Source: an uncultured Mycoplasmatota bacterium (GTDB lineage: Bacteria; Bacillota_I; Bacilli_A; RF39; UBA660). From it: DNA of 64,000 nucleotides. Below the pieces are notes generated by a model that worked only from the letters and a program-made list of their open reading frames with translations, was not told the origin of the DNA and did not search any database. Shown here piece by piece: positions 61,697 to 64,000 of the stretch. The position numbers and the translations under genes are program-made. How positions within the stretch are numbered: the stretch's first letter is position 1; the number at the start of each line of letters is the position of its first letter. The stretch lies in assembly GCA_947642475.1 (NCBI GenBank), contig CANRSQ010000002.1, positions 608 through 64,607 of the forward strand, written 5' to 3'.

Positions 61697-61880
61697 AGAA
61701 CTTAGAGAATTAAGCGATGAAGAACTAAAAGCAAAAATCGCGCAGTGCAAAGAAGAATTATTCAATTTACGTTTCAGCCAAGCTACTGGTAGTCTTGAAA
61801 AACCAGCTAGAATAAGTGAGCTTAGAAAGGCTGTCGCACGTATGAAAACAATCTTACGTGAACGTGAGTTACAAGACTAG
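61686..61880 (+). CDS. rpmC: 50S ribosomal protein L29
   Basis: Sequence and operon order. Confidence 0.95.
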   Translation: MKSKELRELSDEELKAKIAQCKEELFNLRFSQATGSLEKPARISELRKAVARMKTILRERELQD

Positions 61881-61889
61881 GAGGATATT

Positions 61890-62147
61890 ATGGAAACAAG
61901 AAAACAAGAATTAATCGGTAAAGTTACCAGTGCTGGTAACGATAAAACTATTACTGTATTAGTAGAAACTTACAGAAAAGACAAACTTTACGGAAAAAGA
62001 GCAAAATATTCTAAAAAATATGCTGCACACGATGAAAAAAATGAAGCAGCAGTTGGGGATACTGTAAAAATCGTGGAAACAAGACCACTATCAAAAACTA
62101 AACACTTCCGTTTAGTAGAAATTATAGAAAAAGCAGTTATCTTATAA
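61890..62147 (+). CDS. rpsQ: 30S ribosomal protein S17
   Basis: Sequence and operon order. Confidence 0.96.
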   Translation: METRKQELIGKVTSAGNDKTITVLVETYRKDKLYGKRAKYSKKYAAHDEKNEAAVGDTVKIVETRPLSKTKHFRLVEIIEKAVIL

Positions 62148-62173
62148 CTAATAGTAAAAGGAGGAAAAGTTAA

Positions 62174-62542
62174 ATGGTTCAATCAGAAACTCGTTTAAAA
62201 GTTGCTGACAACTCAGGTGCTCGTGAACTATTAGTAATAGGAGTAATGGGTGGAAGCAAAGTAAAAACTGGAAACATCGGAGATATCGTTGTTGGAACAG
62301 TTAAAAAAGCAACACCTAACGGAACTGTTGGCAAAGGTAAAGTTGTAAAAGCAGTTATCGTTAGAACAAAACAAGGTCTAAGAAGAGAAGATGGGTCATA
62401 TATCAGATTTGATGACAATGCTTGCATCATCATCAAAGACGATAAATCACCAGTTGGAACTCGTGTATTCGGACCAGTCGCAAGAGAACTTCGTGACAAA
62501 GATTTTATGAAAATAGTATCACTTGCTAAAGAAGTACTATAA
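62174..62542 (+). CDS. rplN: 50S ribosomal protein L14
   Basis: [16 protein letters not shown] start. Confidence 0.97.
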   Translation: MVQSETRLKVADNSGARELLVIGVMGGSKVKTGNIGDIVVGTVKKATPNGTVGKGKVVKAVIVRTKQGLRREDGSYIRFDDNACIIIKDDKSPVGTRVFGPVARELRDKDFMKIVSLAKEVL

Positions 62543-62559
62543 TCGTTTGGAGGAATAAT

Positions 62560-62868
62560 ATGAAATTAAAACAAGGAGATAAAGTAGTTGTCATTGCTGG
62601 TAAAGACAAAGGCAAAGAAGGCAAAATAATCAAAACCCTTAAAGCCGATGATAAAGTCATCGTTGAAGGTGTTAATATCGCCCATAAGCATATTAAACCA
62701 AACGGTGGAGAAGCTGGACAAATTATCGAAATCGAAAGACCAATTCATGTGTCAAACGTTATGATAATTGATCCAAAAACAAAAAAAGCAACTAGAATCG
62801 GACATACTACTACAAAAGATGGTAAAAAAATAAGAGTATCAAGAAAATCAGATGAAAAACTTGACTAA
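62560..62868 (+). CDS. rplX: 50S ribosomal protein L24
   Basis: [21 protein letters not shown] motif. Confidence 0.96.
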   Translation: MKLKQGDKVVVIAGKDKGKEGKIIKTLKADDKVIVEGVNIAHKHIKPNGGEAGQIIEIERPIHVSNVMIIDPKTKKATRIGHTTTKDGKKIRVSRKSDEKLD

Positions 62869-62887
62869 ACCTGAAAGGAGGGTATAT

Positions 62888-63427
62888 ATGAACCGCCTAC
62901 AAGAAAAATATAGTAAAGAAATCGTACCTAGTTTAAGAGAAAAATATGGTTATAAAAGCGTAATGGAATTACCTAAATTAGATAAAATAGTTGTAAACAT
63001 GGGTGTTGGTGATGCCACTAGCAATTCTAAATTATTAGATGCAGCAGTAGCTGACTTAGAGGCAATTACTGGACAAAAACCTGTAGTAACAAAAGCTAAA
63101 AAAGCAATCGCAGGATTTAAAGTTCGTGAAGGTCATCCAATCGGATGTAAAGTAACTTTAAGAGGCGAAAACATGTATAACTTTTTAGACAAATTAATTA
63201 GTATTACATTACCTCGTGTAAGAGACTTTAGAGGTATTAATCCAAAATCATTTGATGGAAGAGGAAACTATACTTTAGGACTTACAGAACAACTAATTTT
63301 CTCAGAAATAGAATATGATAATGTTGTTAAAGTACGTGGAATGGACATCGTATTCGTTACAACAGCTAATACTAATGAAGAAGCATTAGATTTACTAAAA
63401 GGTTTCGGTATGCCATTTAAAAAATAA
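62888..63427 (+). CDS. rplE: 50S ribosomal protein L5
   Basis: [14 protein letters not shown] start after a GGAGGG RBS. The ORF-track start at 62852 overlaps rplX. Confidence 0.96.
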   Translation: MNRLQEKYSKEIVPSLREKYGYKSVMELPKLDKIVVNMGVGDATSNSKLLDAAVADLEAITGQKPVVTKAKKAIAGFKVREGHPIGCKVTLRGENMYNFLDKLISITLPRVRDFRGINPKSFDGRGNYTLGLTEQLIFSEIEYDNVVKVRGMDIVFVTTANTNEEALDLLKGFGMPFKK

Positions 63428-63444
63428 CAAATTAGGAGGAAATT

Positions 63445-63630
63445 ATGGCTAGAAAAAGTATGATTGTAAAAGCTAATAGAAAGCCAAAATATAAAGTACG
63501 TGCTTACACTCGTTGTAATATTTGTGGAAGACCACATTCAGTACTTAAAAAATATGGTATTTGCCGTATTTGCTTTAGAGAATTAGCTTATAAAGGACAG
63601 ATTCCAGGAGTAACTAAATCAAGTTGGTAG
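63445..63630 (+). CDS. rpsZ: 30S ribosomal protein S14, type Z (zinc-binding, 61 aa)
   Basis: CxxC...CxxC (CNICGR...CRIC) in a 61-aa S14. Confidence 0.96.
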   Translation: MARKSMIVKANRKPKYKVRAYTRCNICGRPHSVLKKYGICRICFRELAYKGQIPGVTKSSW

Positions 63631-63677
63631 GAAACTTGTGAAAAGCTGGTAATCTGAAAAGTGAAGGGAGGATATGA

Positions 63678-64000
63678 ATGGTAACAGATCCAATCGCTGA
63701 TATGCTTACAAGAATACGTAACGCAAATCAAATGCGATACACAGAGGTCGAAGTACCCGCTTCAAAAATAAAAGAAGATATCGCAAAAATATTAAAAGAA
63801 GAAGGATACATTAGTGATTACAAAATCATTGATGGAAAAGTTCAAAATACAATCGTTCTAAATCTTAAATATGCAGATAAAAAAGAACGTGTAATCACTG
63901 GTCTTAAAAGAATATCTAAACCAGGATTAAGAGTTTATGCAAAAGCTGACGAAGTACCACAAGTATTAAACGGTTTAGGAATTGCTATCATGTCAACATC
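63678..64000 (+). CDS. rpsH: 30S ribosomal protein S8 (C-terminus beyond the window)
   Basis: The ATG at 63678 after AGGGAGG gives [18 protein letters not shown]..., the canonical S8 N-terminus. The ORF is open to the window end. Confidence 0.93.
   Translation, partial: MVTDPIADMLTRIRNANQMRYTEVEVPASKIKEDIAKILKEEGYISDYKIIDGKVQNTIVLNLKYADKKERVITGLKRISKPGLRVYAKADEVPQVLNGLGIAIMST

Noticed and set aside
1-64000. Search for mobile elements, prophage, tRNA/rRNA genes and defence systems.
   Set aside because: No transposase or integrase-like ORFs, terminal inverted repeats, tRNA cloverleaf candidates or rRNA were seen. The only accessory-looking DNA is the 48.2-49.7 kb islet and the small-peptide module at 43.8-44.5 kb.

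Overview
This window is the replication-origin region of a low-GC Bacillota (Firmicutes) chromosome. The exact taxon is not identifiable from the sequence alone; the gene order resembles Bacillus, Clostridia and Erysipelotrichia. To the left of about 16.6 kb almost all genes are on the minus strand: whiA, yvcK, trxB, lgt, uvrB, a parB-like gene, rsmG, mnmG, mnmE, jag, yidC, rnpA and rpmH. To the right they are on the plus strand: dnaA, dnaN, a comK-like gene, recF, gyrB, gyrA, then tadA, dnaX, ybaB, recR, holB, yaaT, rsmI, pth, mfd, spoVT, dut, metG, tatD, ksgA, ung, tilS and ftsH, followed by the S10/spc ribosomal protein cluster from rpsJ to rpsH. DnaA-box clusters flank dnaA, as in a bipartite oriC.

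The main non-standard feature is a 1.05-kb non-coding tract between gyrA and the SRP RNA gene (25869-26912). It carries 11 copies of the canonical parS palindrome core GTTTCACGTGAAAC, interspersed with DnaA-box 9-mers and showing traces of a higher-order repeat. It is paired in the window with an atypical 686-aa ParB that has a roughly 440-aa Pro/Glu/Val-rich low-complexity insert and no adjacent ParA.

Other notable items:
- A co-oriented cluster of TGTGGAAAA DnaA-box 9-mers inside gyrB, gyrA, tadA and dnaX.
- A candidate type I toxin-antitoxin module: a 25-aa hydrophobic peptide with a convergent antisense sRNA (43.8-44.2 kb).
- A T-box leader in front of a dut / DHH-phosphoesterase / metG operon.
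- A small, visibly GC-richer islet with a secreted protein, an XRE regulator and an operator-like palindrome (48.2-49.7 kb).

No rRNA or tRNA genes, CRISPR arrays or transposases were seen.
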